DNA of 64,000 nucleotides from an uncultured Gammaproteobacteria bacterium (GTDB lineage: Bacteria > Patescibacteriota > Microgenomatia > UBA8517). Below, piece by piece: positions 47,714 to 58,634 of the stretch; within the stretch, counting starts at the first letter, position 1; each line of letters opens with the position of its first letter. A program made the position numbers and the translations under genes. The stretch is from the NCBI GenBank assembly GCA_964524515.1, contig CAZGEA010000001.1:233522-297521 (forward strand). The letters are read 5' to 3'. The notes below the pieces were generated by a model. That model saw only the letters and a program-made list of their open reading frames with translations. It had not been told where the DNA came from and searched no databases.

Positions 47714-48531
47714 TTTTTATATGAAATCACACTTATACTATCTCCTTTATTTAATATTGTAGCCAAAATATCATATGGAATATTTAATATAGTATTTAAA
47801 AGCCTCCTTTGCATATTAAACAAACTAATTTTAAATTCTAAAATAACACTATTATATTCAAAAATACCAGATCTAGACTTTGCCGTTAACACTTCAAAAT
47901 TATTTCTTTCAAGCAGTATCCTCAATGGAGTTTCAGAAAATTGATAAACATGCTCAAATGGCAATAAATATGGCCACCTTGATTTTGCTATATTAGACTT
48001 CAAACTATTAAAATTTGGAACATCAATATACAATATTCCACCTTTCTTTAAATACTTATATGCCAAACTAATAAACAAGTTTGGGTCTTCAATATGCTCA
48101 AGTGTATGATTCATAACAATAAGATCAAAATAGTTACTCTTAAAATTAACTTTCTCAAAAATATTTTTATTAACCATATGCCCTTTTTTAATCGCTAATT
48201 CAGAATTCTTAGAAGGCTCAACTCCATATGTATCCCAGCCGTGTTTTTTAAAAATATCTAAAAACAAACCATTTGTGCAACCAATATCCAAAACTTTTCC
48301 TTCTTTAGTGACATATTTTTCAATCAATTTATATCGTTTAAGAAAAATATTTTCAAAAATTTTTTGACTTAAATTATATTGATCATCACGATGATAATTT
48401 TCATAATTTTCAGTTTTCTTTGAATCAATATAAACCACGCTACAATTCATACATTGAATAGCACGCCAATTTAATCCAAAAAAAATACCCCTAACATTTT
48501 TTGATTTACAGATATTGCATATAAATTTCAT
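47710..48531 (-). CDS. Class I SAM-dependent methyltransferase with an N-terminal Zn-ribbon
   Basis: CNICKS...CMNCS is a CxxC...CxxC pattern. Motif I VLDIGCTNGLF, acidic post-I residue YGVEPS, and motif IV VMNHTLEHI. Confidence 0.8.
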   Translation of the reverse strand: MKFICNICKSKNVRGIFFGLNWRAIQCMNCSVVYIDSKKTENYENYHRDDQYNLSQKIFENIFLKRYKLIEKYVTKEGKVLDIGCTNGLFLDIFKKHGWDTYGVEPSKNSELAIKKGHMVNKNIFEKVNFKSNYFDLIVMNHTLEHIEDPNLFISLAYKYLKKGGILYIDVPNFNSLKSNIAKSRWPYLLPFEHVYQFSETPLRILLERNNFEVLTAKSRSGIFEYNSVILEFKISLFNMQRRLLNTILNIPYDILATILNKGDSISVISYKK

Positions 48532-48532
48532 A

Positions 48533-49399
48533 TTAATAACCCTCGTTAATCTTCATATATCTACGTTTAAATTTTCTCAAAGGTGTCTCAATCAATGACA
48601 CCAAATAAAATAAACTATTCATCTTTTTCCATACATTAGAAACTATTTTCAACTTAGGAATAAAAAAGACTTCTGGGTAAAAAAAATCTTTTGCAAACTC
48701 TATACCCAATTCATGTTTTAATTTTCTAGATCTTTTATAAACTTCAAAATCACGAGATGACACATCTGATCTTTGTAAATGTGTTGCATGCAAATACGGT
48801 GCGTCAATAAAAACTATTTTTTTCTGAGACCGATCTTGAATCATTTTCTCGTTAATATCTGTCCAACCCCAAGTTCCATGTGGTTTAGACGAATGAATCC
48901 CAGGTATTCTCAAATTAAAAGCTCGCAAATTGTAATGACCAGTACGGCCTGCAAGATGATAATGTCCAGCCTTAGCCTCTTGATAATGATACATATCCCC
49001 TACAAGATTTATTGAAGGAACGACTATCGATTCTATTTTATTGTTTTTTAATTTAATTTGTGAAACAACCTTATTAATAGAGTCATTCCACCATATTTCA
49101 TCACCATCAACCACTATTACCCAATTTAATCCATCATTACCTTTAACTTCTTGCAAATCTAAATCTAACATTTGCTGTCTATATCTTTGCTCATCAAAAA
49201 AACCATCCGTATCAAATTTTTTATAAAAAATCTTATTTTTAAACTTATTAATATTTAATATTTCATCAATTACCAATCTTGTTTTATCTTTACTTCCCAT
49301 ATCCCAAATTCTTACTTTATCAACGCTGTTAATAACAGACATTACCGAATACCAAATAAATCTTCCTTCATTTTTTACCAGAATATGTACTGTTATCAT
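48533..49399 (-). CDS. GT-A-fold glycosyltransferase-like protein (GT2-like, divergent)
   Basis: HILVKNEGRFIWYSVMSV...VDKVRIWDMGSKDKT resembles the GT2 N-terminal pattern. A DGDE (DxD-like) motif is present. Confidence 0.45.
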   Translation of the reverse strand: MITVHILVKNEGRFIWYSVMSVINSVDKVRIWDMGSKDKTRLVIDEILNINKFKNKIFYKKFDTDGFFDEQRYRQQMLDLDLQEVKGNDGLNWVIVVDGDEIWWNDSINKVVSQIKLKNNKIESIVVPSINLVGDMYHYQEAKAGHYHLAGRTGHYNLRAFNLRIPGIHSSKPHGTWGWTDINEKMIQDRSQKKIVFIDAPYLHATHLQRSDVSSRDFEVYKRSRKLKHELGIEFAKDFFYPEVFFIPKLKIVSNVWKKMNSLFYLVSLIETPLRKFKRRYMKINEGY

Positions 49400-50670
49400 T
49401 TTATTTCTTTAAATTTAAAATACACCCATAAAAATGGAATAATAAAGTTCGATAAATTTCCAATCAGCACAATTATTGATGCACCAATATAACCATACAT
49501 GGGAATAAAAACATAACCACTAACTAAAGTTATAAACAAATTAATCGAAGTAGTCACAAAAAATAATTTAGGATATGAAAAATAATACAAAACTGCAGAA
49601 TGAACTGGAATTGATATTAGAAAAATTACCTGAGCAAACAACAAAATCATAAATGGTGTGAAACTCTCTTTATAATTTAATCCATAATAATTATTTATTA
49701 AATAATATCCTATCACCCCGCCAAAAATAAAACCAAGCAAAGAAAGAAAAACAACAAATAATTGTAATTTTTTTAAATATTTAATCGCAGTTCTGTTGTC
49801 ATTAAATTTAGTTAATTTTGGAGCCACAACTGCCGCAATCGCTACAACAATTTGTGGAATAACAGATGTTAAATTAACAGCGACAGAATATACTCCTAAA
49901 TCACTTAATGACAAAAATCTACCAGAAAGCAATGTGTCTAATCTTGAACCAACCGCAGATATAACAGTAAATACGATAACCCATTTATTAAACTTTATAA
50001 ACTCGTAAGCAATTTTATTTTCATTCTTAACATTTAAAAAATTAGGCAAAAATGTAAATGAAACTAAAAAACCCAATAGTGGAATTGAAATATAAATAAG
50101 CAAAGCACTTGAAATTGATAAATATCCAAAAATATACAAAAATACAACAACAATCAACCTAACAAAATTCATTGAAACATTTAACGTTCCCCACACCCAA
50201 AACTTTTGAAGTGCCTGCAAACTACTAGTCGAAAATATAAATAAAGTTAAAGTTAAAACTCCAAACAATGCAATACGAAATGGATTAATCAATTCACTTT
50301 TAAAAAACAAAGAATTTGACAAAAAAGGAACAAAAAACCAAATGATAACTATAATGGTTAAAGATGTTACTAATAAAATTTTTAATCCATATTTTAAAAA
50401 CATTAATGCTTTTTCTTTATCATTATCAATATGCCTACCTACAAAATTAACTATACCTGTATCAATTCCCAATTTTGAAACATCGGATATCAAACTAATT
50501 GCTGTAACTGAAATAAAAAATATTCCAAAATTATTTGTACCTAAAAATCTTGCCATTAATATATAAAATATAATTCCCAAAATCCCGTTTAATATAGTTG
50601 AAGTACTGACTAAAAAAGTTTGGTTTAACGTCCTACTTTTTATTATTTCTTTTATCACTCTCAATCTCAT
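49396..50670 (-). CDS. Wzx-like oligosaccharide flippase (MOP/PST family)
   Basis: About 12-14 TM segments over 424 aa. N-terminus TLNQTFLVSTSTILNGILGIIFYILMARFLG is typical of polysaccharide biosynthesis (PST) proteins. Confidence 0.7.
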   Translation of the reverse strand: MRLRVIKEIIKSRTLNQTFLVSTSTILNGILGIIFYILMARFLGTNNFGIFFISVTAISLISDVSKLGIDTGIVNFVGRHIDNDKEKALMFLKYGLKILLVTSLTIIVIIWFFVPFLSNSLFFKSELINPFRIALFGVLTLTLFIFSTSSLQALQKFWVWGTLNVSMNFVRLIVVVFLYIFGYLSISSALLIYISIPLLGFLVSFTFLPNFLNVKNENKIAYEFIKFNKWVIVFTVISAVGSRLDTLLSGRFLSLSDLGVYSVAVNLTSVIPQIVVAIAAVVAPKLTKFNDNRTAIKYLKKLQLFVVFLSLLGFIFGGVIGYYLINNYYGLNYKESFTPFMILLFAQVIFLISIPVHSAVLYYFSYPKLFFVTTSINLFITLVSGYVFIPMYGYIGASIIVLIGNLSNFIIPFLWVYFKFKEIK

Positions 50671-53242
50671 ACATCATAAGTATAACAACAATTAAAACTA
50701 ATATTGATACGAAAGTAATCACCAAACCAATCCTAAAATAATCCTGGCCTAAATATTCAATTGAAATCTGTTTCCAATTTGGCTTTACATAAAATAAATT
50801 TAAAAAAGAAAATAATGGATAACTATTACCAACCAATTGATCATTATTTTTCAAATTCCACAACTTATCATAAGTATCTTTTAATAAAACCCAATTAACA
50901 TTAGAATTATCACTTACAAAATGTCTCCATGGTCTATCAGATTTATAATCTAAATTATAATTATTTGCAGGCAATACTTTTATTTTGTCCTTATCTAAAT
51001 CTGAAATTCTATAAGTTTTAAACTTACTAACATATTTTTTTGAAGTCTCAACAGCCTGATTATAATTCTTTTCTGGAGCTATAAAAATAGTATTCAAAAC
51101 TGAAAAGTCAGAATCATTTTCAATTTCCAATTCTTTAATATTCTCATCAATTTTTATTTTAGTAATAGTCCAATTAAATTGTTTTATATCATTTTTATTT
51201 GTTGATAAGAATTTATCACCAAACTTAATTTTGAGAGGATTACCATTAGAAAATGTTCTAAATCCAATGTAATAATCACCAACTATATATTTATTCGTAA
51301 TGTTAATAATAATTTTTTCACCTTGTTTTGATGAATAAAATATATTCTTGTTATAAACCATATTTCTTAAATCAAAACCACGAATTAAAAGTTCATATTT
51401 CCATTTTAAATAGTTAGCATTATCTCCTATTGCCCAACTATTTTTCACAATTTTATTAGTATCAATAAAATCCTTTTGTAAAAGTGATGAAACTAAATCA
51501 TTATCATCTGCATTATTAAATATTACTTCAACAGTATCAGCTGAAATTTCGTCTGGATCAAATGGTTTAAAAATTCCGTCTTCAAAAAATAATTGAGGAA
51601 ATTGATTTGGTAAATTTATTTGATAAGGTTCGCCAATTACCAAAAATACTTTATCAAAACCTACAATTCTTTTTTCAGGAAAATCAATTTTATAAATATT
51701 AATATTATCAATACTTTTTGAAGCCATTCCAAGAGAAACAAACCTTGCATTCATTTTTACTTGGTCAATCTTATCGTTTATATCCAATGGGATATTTTTG
51801 ACTACACCTGAAAAAATTACATTATTTATTCCCAAAAATCTAAACCAATCTAAAAAATCAAAATTATACATGAAATTAAAGGCATCTCCTCCCTTATTCA
51901 TCAACTTAAATATCGGCAAATTGATCAAATCTCGACCACTAATTCCTTGATTATTTTCAGTTTGATATGTAAATGGGTGAAAATATGGCATCCACAAAGC
52001 TCTTGAAAAATTTTCTTGATTTAAATACTGATAAACATTTTTCAAATTATTACCACGACTTATCATTAGTGTGCCATTTAAAGTATTACTAAAAACTGGA
52101 AAAACTAAAAAACTAAAAAATAAAATAAATGTATAAAAAATATAAGGTTTTATTTTTACAAATCTAATAGAAATTAGATTATAAGTATAAGAAACTAAAA
52201 GAGATGTTGTCATTGCAGTAATCACAAAAAATTTACTTGAATCTCTAAAAATGAAACCAAAAAATATTTTGGAAGTTAAAAAAATATTCACAAACCCAAA
52301 TGGCTCAGTTTCACCTTTCAATAAAAACACTGATGCTAGAAAAATTAATCCCAGCGATATCAATTTTCTTGATGGTTTCAAAAAAACACCCAATATGATA
52401 AACACAAAAACAAATGCAAACAAAAAACTCGGATATGTTATTAACCCATATTGGTTTAACGGCCAATGTGGTTGATAAAACGTTAATCCATTCAATAAAG
52501 AAAAAAATCTACTATTTAATTGAACCGGCAAAAAACTCTCATACATTCCACTAATTGCTGGATATAAAAAATAAGAAAATAACGGAATCAAAATAATAGT
52601 TGAAAATAACGCTTTAAATGCAATCTTTCTCTTCCAAAGAGAATAAAAAAGAAAACTAAAAAACAAGACCAAAAAGGCAATTCTGAAATCAGCGATTGAA
52701 CAAAGGAAAATTACCAAAAGAAACTTGATAAATTTTTGCTTAGTAAAATATATTTGAAAATTAATAAATGTCAAAAATACGAAGGGTGCCAACCCATACG
52801 CTAAATAAACTCCAACTTGCCCACCATCAACCAATAAAATTGAATATGTGTTAATAGTATAAATAAATGTACAAAGTATAGATGATAAAAAATTTAACTT
52901 AAATCTTTTTGCTAATAAATATGATCCAATAATGGAAAAAAACAAACCCGGAAAATAAAAAAGTAATCGAACTATTAAATCATTGTCTAATTTTAAAAAA
53001 AGTCCCAATATCGAATATACAAACATTATTGGCGATATCCAAAATAAGGATTGTGGTCCACCAAAATTATTTGCTCTTGAAACCCAGCTTGATGGTTCAC
53101 CAAAATTATCTATAAAAGCATTTTCATAAAAATACGGGGCATCACCCCAAACAAGTGGTGAATTTAAAAAAAACGACCTATACGCTAAAAATAAAATTAA
53201 AAAAACTGGCAATATAAATATTATTTTTTTAATTTTTAACAT
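50633..53242 (-). CDS. Giant (869 aa) membrane protein: N-terminal polytopic domain (about 14 helices) plus a C-terminal extracytoplasmic domain of about 450 aa; GT-C-like (YfhO/AftD-like architecture, putative)
   Basis: First-loop acidic motif VWGDAPYFYE after TM1, a dense run of hydrophobic helices to about residue 400, then a beta-rich hydrophilic region. Confidence 0.45.
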   Translation of the reverse strand: MLKIKKIIFILPVFLILFLAYRSFFLNSPLVWGDAPYFYENAFIDNFGEPSSWVSRANNFGGPQSLFWISPIMFVYSILGLFLKLDNDLIVRLLFYFPGLFFSIIGSYLLAKRFKLNFLSSILCTFIYTINTYSILLVDGGQVGVYLAYGLAPFVFLTFINFQIYFTKQKFIKFLLVIFLCSIADFRIAFLVLFFSFLFYSLWKRKIAFKALFSTIILIPLFSYFLYPAISGMYESFLPVQLNSRFFSLLNGLTFYQPHWPLNQYGLITYPSFLFAFVFVFIILGVFLKPSRKLISLGLIFLASVFLLKGETEPFGFVNIFLTSKIFFGFIFRDSSKFFVITAMTTSLLVSYTYNLISIRFVKIKPYIFYTFILFFSFLVFPVFSNTLNGTLMISRGNNLKNVYQYLNQENFSRALWMPYFHPFTYQTENNQGISGRDLINLPIFKLMNKGGDAFNFMYNFDFLDWFRFLGINNVIFSGVVKNIPLDINDKIDQVKMNARFVSLGMASKSIDNINIYKIDFPEKRIVGFDKVFLVIGEPYQINLPNQFPQLFFEDGIFKPFDPDEISADTVEVIFNNADDNDLVSSLLQKDFIDTNKIVKNSWAIGDNANYLKWKYELLIRGFDLRNMVYNKNIFYSSKQGEKIIINITNKYIVGDYYIGFRTFSNGNPLKIKFGDKFLSTNKNDIKQFNWTITKIKIDENIKELEIENDSDFSVLNTIFIAPEKNYNQAVETSKKYVSKFKTYRISDLDKDKIKVLPANNYNLDYKSDRPWRHFVSDNSNVNWVLLKDTYDKLWNLKNNDQLVGNSYPLFSFLNLFYVKPNWKQISIEYLGQDYFRIGLVITFVSILVLIVVILMMYEIESDKRNNKK

Positions 53243-53408
53243 ACAAATATAATAACCAAAACAATGTGAAGAAAAATAAATAATTTGAGATTCTTATTGA
53301 AAAACCATACTTATTAAAAAATAACACTATGATAAGAAAAAAATTTATTAAAATAATTAATAAATATCCCAGTTTACGAATCATATAAGGTGAAGTATAA
53401 CAGACTAT

Positions 53409-55283
53409 ATGAAAAACTATATTTACTTTATTTTAGTCACAACTTTATTTTTAATACCTATTCTAGTTAATACAAAAATATTTACTAAAAGAGATAATGA
53501 TTACCAAAATTTTTTTAAGCCCATCTATATTTATTCTAAAAATTCAATAACTAATGACCATATTTTTCCACTTTGGAATAGAATGTATTTTGCAGGTACA
53601 CCACTTTATCCTGATCCACAATCGCAAATTACATATATTTTTAATATTATTTTACTTTTTATTCCAATTGATTTAGGCGTAATAATATTAATCTACATTC
53701 ACATACTCTGCTCTGGAATCCTTGCACACAAATTTTCTAAAAACATTCTAAATTTTGATAATAAAACTTCATTATTCTTTGCAACTGGCTACATGTTTTC
53801 TTACAAAGTTGCTACTTATATTGAAGCTGGACATATCGGTTTAATATATTCCTGGACTTGGATACCACTATATTTATTAGCACTATTTAAATTAATAAAA
53901 AACGATAAACAGAAATACTGGGTACTAATTCTCTGTTTTAGTTCATATGCAATTTTAGTTAATCATATAATTATTTGGTCATATTTATTAATTCTCTCAC
54001 TTACTTTACTATTAGTACCAATTATTCGCCAAAACTTAACGAGAAAAATAGTATTAATATTTGCATTTGCTTTATCAATTTCAATAAATAGCTTTATATT
54101 AATTCCACAATATTTGTGGTCAAAAGAAACATCTAGGAAAACATTAATTACCAACCCAGATCTTTACCCCAAATGGACAAACAAAATAGAAACTATATCA
54201 AACATGATTACACCTTTAAAATTTAGCATCGAAAAAATTCAAAAAAATGATAATGAAAAAATAGTGTCAGCCGGAACTATAATCAGTTTATTTGCAATTC
54301 TTGGTTTGACTAAATTAAACAAAGCAAAAAAAATATTAACAATATTAATAATTACTCTAATATTCTTGATTTATTCTAAATTTCTAATAAACGACTTTAT
54401 TAAATTAACTAGAGTTACAACTAGACTTTCTTTTATACCGACAATACTAACTTTAATTTTATCTTCTGTTTGGATAAACAAAATCAAAAATATTAAAACT
54501 AAACTTATTTTAATATTATTTATAATAATCGAATTCACATCATTCTTTTGGCTATATATAAACAAAAAACCAAACAATACAAAATACATATCAGACAATA
54601 TCCCAAATAAAATAAACTCAAGAGTATATTGCACAACTAGATGCATATCTCAAGAAATGGCCTCAGAACATAAAATATACTTAATTGATGGTTATGGCAC
54701 GCTTCCACAATACAATTTTTACAAAAATGCATGGGGCCTAACTGGGGGCTACTGGAATTACTATACATTATCAATTCCACCATTTGGGCAAATACTTTAT
54801 GAACAAAAGAAACCAGATATCGAACTTTTAGGCGAATACTCAACAAAATATATCTTAAGTCCGTACAAAATAGAAGACAATAATTTAATTAACATCAAAA
54901 CTTTCGAAAATATTTACATTTATGAAAATAAACTTTTTAAAGAAAAAATTACAAGTAATTCACCATTTGCTTATAAAATAAAAGAGAACGCTAACGAAAC
55001 AAATATTAATTTTGAAAAAAAATTCACTGGTCATCTAAAATTCTCAGAAGTTTATTCACCCGGATGGATTGCGATCACAGAATCACAAATTATTAATAGT
55101 GAAGAAACACCAAGTGGAATTCAATCGTTTCACGTAACAATACCAACATCAAAAATAAAACTTACATACATACCGCCAGGTATCAAAACAGGACTACTCA
55201 CATCTATATTCACTTTAATAATTACTTATTTTTTCTCTTATCACCAAGTACTATTTCATAAATCAAAATCAAAAGTCCAATAA
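53409..55283 (+). CDS. Large (624 aa) polytopic membrane protein, GT-C-like (putative); the only plus-strand gene in the glycan locus
   Basis: TM1 then KRDNDY loop, multiple helices to about residue 400, C-terminal soluble domain, and a final TM-like helix. Confidence 0.45.
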   Translation: MKNYIYFILVTTLFLIPILVNTKIFTKRDNDYQNFFKPIYIYSKNSITNDHIFPLWNRMYFAGTPLYPDPQSQITYIFNIILLFIPIDLGVIILIYIHILCSGILAHKFSKNILNFDNKTSLFFATGYMFSYKVATYIEAGHIGLIYSWTWIPLYLLALFKLIKNDKQKYWVLILCFSSYAILVNHIIIWSYLLILSLTLLLVPIIRQNLTRKIVLIFAFALSISINSFILIPQYLWSKETSRKTLITNPDLYPKWTNKIETISNMITPLKFSIEKIQKNDNEKIVSAGTIISLFAILGLTKLNKAKKILTILIITLIFLIYSKFLINDFIKLTRVTTRLSFIPTILTLILSSVWINKIKNIKTKLILILFIIIEFTSFFWLYINKKPNNTKYISDNIPNKINSRVYCTTRCISQEMASEHKIYLIDGYGTLPQYNFYKNAWGLTGGYWNYYTLSIPPFGQILYEQKKPDIELLGEYSTKYILSPYKIEDNNLINIKTFENIYIYENKLFKEKITSNSPFAYKIKENANETNINFEKKFTGHLKFSEVYSPGWIAITESQIINSEETPSGIQSFHVTIPTSKIKLTYIPPGIKTGLLTSIFTLIITYFFSYHQVLFHKSKSKVQ

Positions 55284-55605
55284 AAAATGATTGAAAAGCA
55301 TACACTGCAGTTCTTTCAGCCCAAACATTTATTTCAAAAAAACGCATAATAGCTGTAAATAACCAAAATACTAAAGTTATTACGAACAATGCCCTACTCC
55401 TCGCACCTAATAAAAACACAGACAAAACTATTGAAAAAAAAGTAATAAAATTTACAGTAATAGGAAAAAATGGATGAAAATATCCTGCTGATCTCAAAAC
55501 GAACAATAAAATAAGAATAATATTAAAAATTGTTAGTTGAAACTGATGTAAAACAGTCCAAGTGTTCGCTTTATTTATAATATTCTTTAAAAAAAGAAAT
55601 TTCAT
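55222..55605 (-). CDS. Small 4-TM membrane protein, GtrA-like (putative lipid-linked sugar translocase family)
   Basis: 127 aa with four hydrophobic segments. ATGA-coupled (55602-55605) to the upstream giant membrane-protein gene. Size and topology fit the GtrA family; no specific motif was verified. Confidence 0.4.
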   Translation of the reverse strand: MKFLFLKNIINKANTWTVLHQFQLTIFNIILILLFVLRSAGYFHPFFPITVNFITFFSIVLSVFLLGARSRALFVITLVFWLFTAIMRFFEINVWAERTAVYAFQSFFIGLLILIYEIVLGDKRKNK

Positions 55606-58600
55606 TTTTGTATTACCATTTTTCTCTTTAACAGATAAACACTAGTAAATAGCACTGCAGTAACTAATGATACAACTCCACCAAGAACTATCAAATTTTG
55701 CCTTTTATAATATAACCTAAATTTATAGTTACTTTTCGCACTATCAACATACCAAACATTAGCATATAAATTTCCAGTAAAGTGTGTTTCATTAATTTCT
55801 TTATCATCTCCCACAAAAACCATTTCCCAAAGTGGAGAGTAATTTTCAGAAAATACAATCAAATGTGGAGCTTTTACATTGTAGACTTCACCTTCATATT
55901 CGACCGGTGATGTTTTTGTAAATTTAATATCTGGAAGCAATAATTCCGGCTTATTTATTACTTGCTCAAGATATAAATCATTTGAAAAAACTCTATAAAA
56001 ACGAAGGTTCTTATATAACACTTTTGTTCCAAGTGCATCTTTTGTTAGTGGTGCCAACAATTCAATTTTAACATTTGAAACAGTTTGAACAGGCTCATAA
56101 TAAAAGCTAAAAGCTCCCCATTCAGGATAGTTTGGCATTCTCTCAACTTGAGCCTTAACTAAATTTTTTGTATTTCCTTGATTTATCAATATTGCAGCGT
56201 TGTTACCATAAATTTGTTTATAGTCAACAGAAACAAAATAATTAGACATATAGTCAAAACTGCCTATACTGTATTTTGCAGACACATCCTTTTTTGATTT
56301 ATTCATTATTGATAAATAATCACCATCCAAATCCCTCAAATTATTAAATTGACCTTCACCATTTTTAATAAAATTATTATCAACTAAATTATCATTTGTT
56401 ATATTTAATACAATTTCATGATCACCTTTTCCAAAGATTAATGGGGACAATCGAACATAAGTATCATTTAAACTTAAAATTTTAATTTGCGATTGCTTAC
56501 CATCAACAATTAAACTAATTCCTCCATTTAATGGAATACCAAACTTTTCTAAATTATATCTTTCAATAATTGGTGAGTATTCGCCACTCGTATTAACAGT
56601 AAATTTATAAATAACTTTACTCAAATCACGCACTGAAAGTCTATCTACTAAATTTGATTGATTATTTCTAAAATTAGTAAAATCCTCATTCTGTGAATTC
56701 TTTGCAACAATTATAGATTTTGTTTGTATACCTTTTACTTGATTGATAACACTATCATTTTGATTTGCCAAAACAAAATTCTCACTATTAAGGGGAATTG
56801 TTTTAATTGCTTTATCGTAAGGATATGCAAAACTAATTAACTGACTCACTTGCAATTTCAAAGTATCCATATTACCTTCAGGGTACTCATATATATTCCA
56901 TGATCCAAAACTTTTTGATTTCTTTTTAACAATTTGCTCAGGTAATACTGGAGAGAGACTTTCTTGATCACCTTTTTCTAATATCTGTGAAACATTTAGT
57001 TTTTTCAAAACATTATCTGCCCTATACAATTCACCTCTCTTAACACTTGAATAAAACATTTTTACAAGCTGTGAAATTGGCGATTCTGGTGCAGTAATTG
57101 GTAAAAACAAAGTTTCACGATCAACAACTAATGCCAAAACTGATTCAATTGCATTGTAACCCCACGAAAATCTTTCAATCTCATTATCTGGATAATTTAT
57201 TATTCTTCCATTTTTATTCTGGTCAATATACTTTGCTGCATCAAATAAATAACTAGGAAAATGAATATAAAAATTATCATGCATCGAAGCTCTAAATATT
57301 TTCCCCTGAACAAGTGGGTAATTATAAACTAAATTTCCAAAAATTATTATGAACCCAAAAAAAGATAATAAATACAAATATATTTTGGGATATTTATTCT
57401 CTTTAAAATTACTATTAAATGAATAAAACAAAAGTGAAATTAAACCTGCAACAGAAATAATCAAAAGTGGTGTAAAAATATACCAAGGACTTCTAAACAA
57501 ACTAAAAAATGGCAGATGCTGACTCAAAAAATGAAATATATACCCCGTAGGTAAATGTGTTCCGACACCCAAAAATACACCAATTAACATCATCAATCCA
57601 AATCCAATATATAAGTAATTTTTTTCCTTTTTCCAAAAAATTAATGCTATAAAACTAAGACTTGGAAGTAAAAAACTAAATATCAAAAAAGGTAATTTAA
57701 AAAAATAATTAACTGCATATGGGATATATAAGGGCTGATTAGTTGTCGAATCAAGTGAATACCAATCCCAAGCCCCTTGTTGCCTCCAAATATTTAATAT
57801 ACTAGTATTTTCCGATAAACTATCGATCCAATTTGTATACCCAATCTTATCAATACTTCCTGATGGTGCAATTGTTCCAAATATAAAACTAAATGTTGGA
57901 AAAATCCAAATTGCATTAATTAATAAAATTGGCACAGCTAAAGTTAAAAAATTTAAAAATGAAAATTTCAAAAAATCAAAAGTCCTTACACTTAGAACTA
58001 CACCAAACATATATATAGCAATAACTGCAAAAAAACACATAAAATATGCAGGATTAATTCCAGAACCAGATAGAATAATTCCAACAATCATTGAAAAAAA
58101 CAAAGCTTTTGGTCGACTTATACTTTTTTTATTCATATATATAATTAACACCAGTCCAAAAGGTATTGCTGAAATTAACGACAAATTAGAAACTTTTACA
58201 TTCTCCCAAGTGTTAAATACATAAACATTAAAAACATATATCGAAACAAAGATTAATTGTGATATTTTATATTTTTCAAATATCACTTTTGATAGTGAAT
58301 ACGAAGCAAAAACGATTAAACTAAACCAAAACAGTAAACTAAATAATTCAACTAATTGAAGTGAAAAGCCAAGTTTATATGGTAAATATTGAACAAAATG
58401 AAAAAACAAACCTGCAGTTGAAGATGAAAAATCACCACCAGCATTTCCAATTGGATTCCATGTAAAAAATCTCCTCAAAAACCATATTTCAGGATTCAAT
58501 GGAAAATTCGTATCTGATCCGTTTATTAATGCGTCTCCTCGCCCTTTAAACCAAACAATTGGAGTCAGAGAAAATAGAATGAGAATAATGTTTAACCAAT

Positions 58601-58634
58601 TACTTGAAACAAAACGATTAATCCTTTGCTTCAT
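55602..58634 (-). CDS. Giant (1010 aa) membrane protein: N-terminal polytopic GT-C-like domain (about 450 aa) plus a C-terminal extracytoplasmic region of about 550 aa and a terminal TM anchor
   Basis: TM1 then the GRGDALINGSDTNFPLNPE loop and many helices. The C-terminal hydrophilic beta-rich region ends with a hydrophobic helix VVSLVTAVLFTSVYLL. Confidence 0.45.
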   Translation of the reverse strand: MKQRINRFVSSNWLNIILILFSLTPIVWFKGRGDALINGSDTNFPLNPEIWFLRRFFTWNPIGNAGGDFSSSTAGLFFHFVQYLPYKLGFSLQLVELFSLLFWFSLIVFASYSLSKVIFEKYKISQLIFVSIYVFNVYVFNTWENVKVSNLSLISAIPFGLVLIIYMNKKSISRPKALFFSMIVGIILSGSGINPAYFMCFFAVIAIYMFGVVLSVRTFDFLKFSFLNFLTLAVPILLINAIWIFPTFSFIFGTIAPSGSIDKIGYTNWIDSLSENTSILNIWRQQGAWDWYSLDSTTNQPLYIPYAVNYFFKLPFLIFSFLLPSLSFIALIFWKKEKNYLYIGFGLMMLIGVFLGVGTHLPTGYIFHFLSQHLPFFSLFRSPWYIFTPLLIISVAGLISLLFYSFNSNFKENKYPKIYLYLLSFFGFIIIFGNLVYNYPLVQGKIFRASMHDNFYIHFPSYLFDAAKYIDQNKNGRIINYPDNEIERFSWGYNAIESVLALVVDRETLFLPITAPESPISQLVKMFYSSVKRGELYRADNVLKKLNVSQILEKGDQESLSPVLPEQIVKKKSKSFGSWNIYEYPEGNMDTLKLQVSQLISFAYPYDKAIKTIPLNSENFVLANQNDSVINQVKGIQTKSIIVAKNSQNEDFTNFRNNQSNLVDRLSVRDLSKVIYKFTVNTSGEYSPIIERYNLEKFGIPLNGGISLIVDGKQSQIKILSLNDTYVRLSPLIFGKGDHEIVLNITNDNLVDNNFIKNGEGQFNNLRDLDGDYLSIMNKSKKDVSAKYSIGSFDYMSNYFVSVDYKQIYGNNAAILINQGNTKNLVKAQVERMPNYPEWGAFSFYYEPVQTVSNVKIELLAPLTKDALGTKVLYKNLRFYRVFSNDLYLEQVINKPELLLPDIKFTKTSPVEYEGEVYNVKAPHLIVFSENYSPLWEMVFVGDDKEINETHFTGNLYANVWYVDSAKSNYKFRLYYKRQNLIVLGGVVSLVTAVLFTSVYLLKRKMVIQK

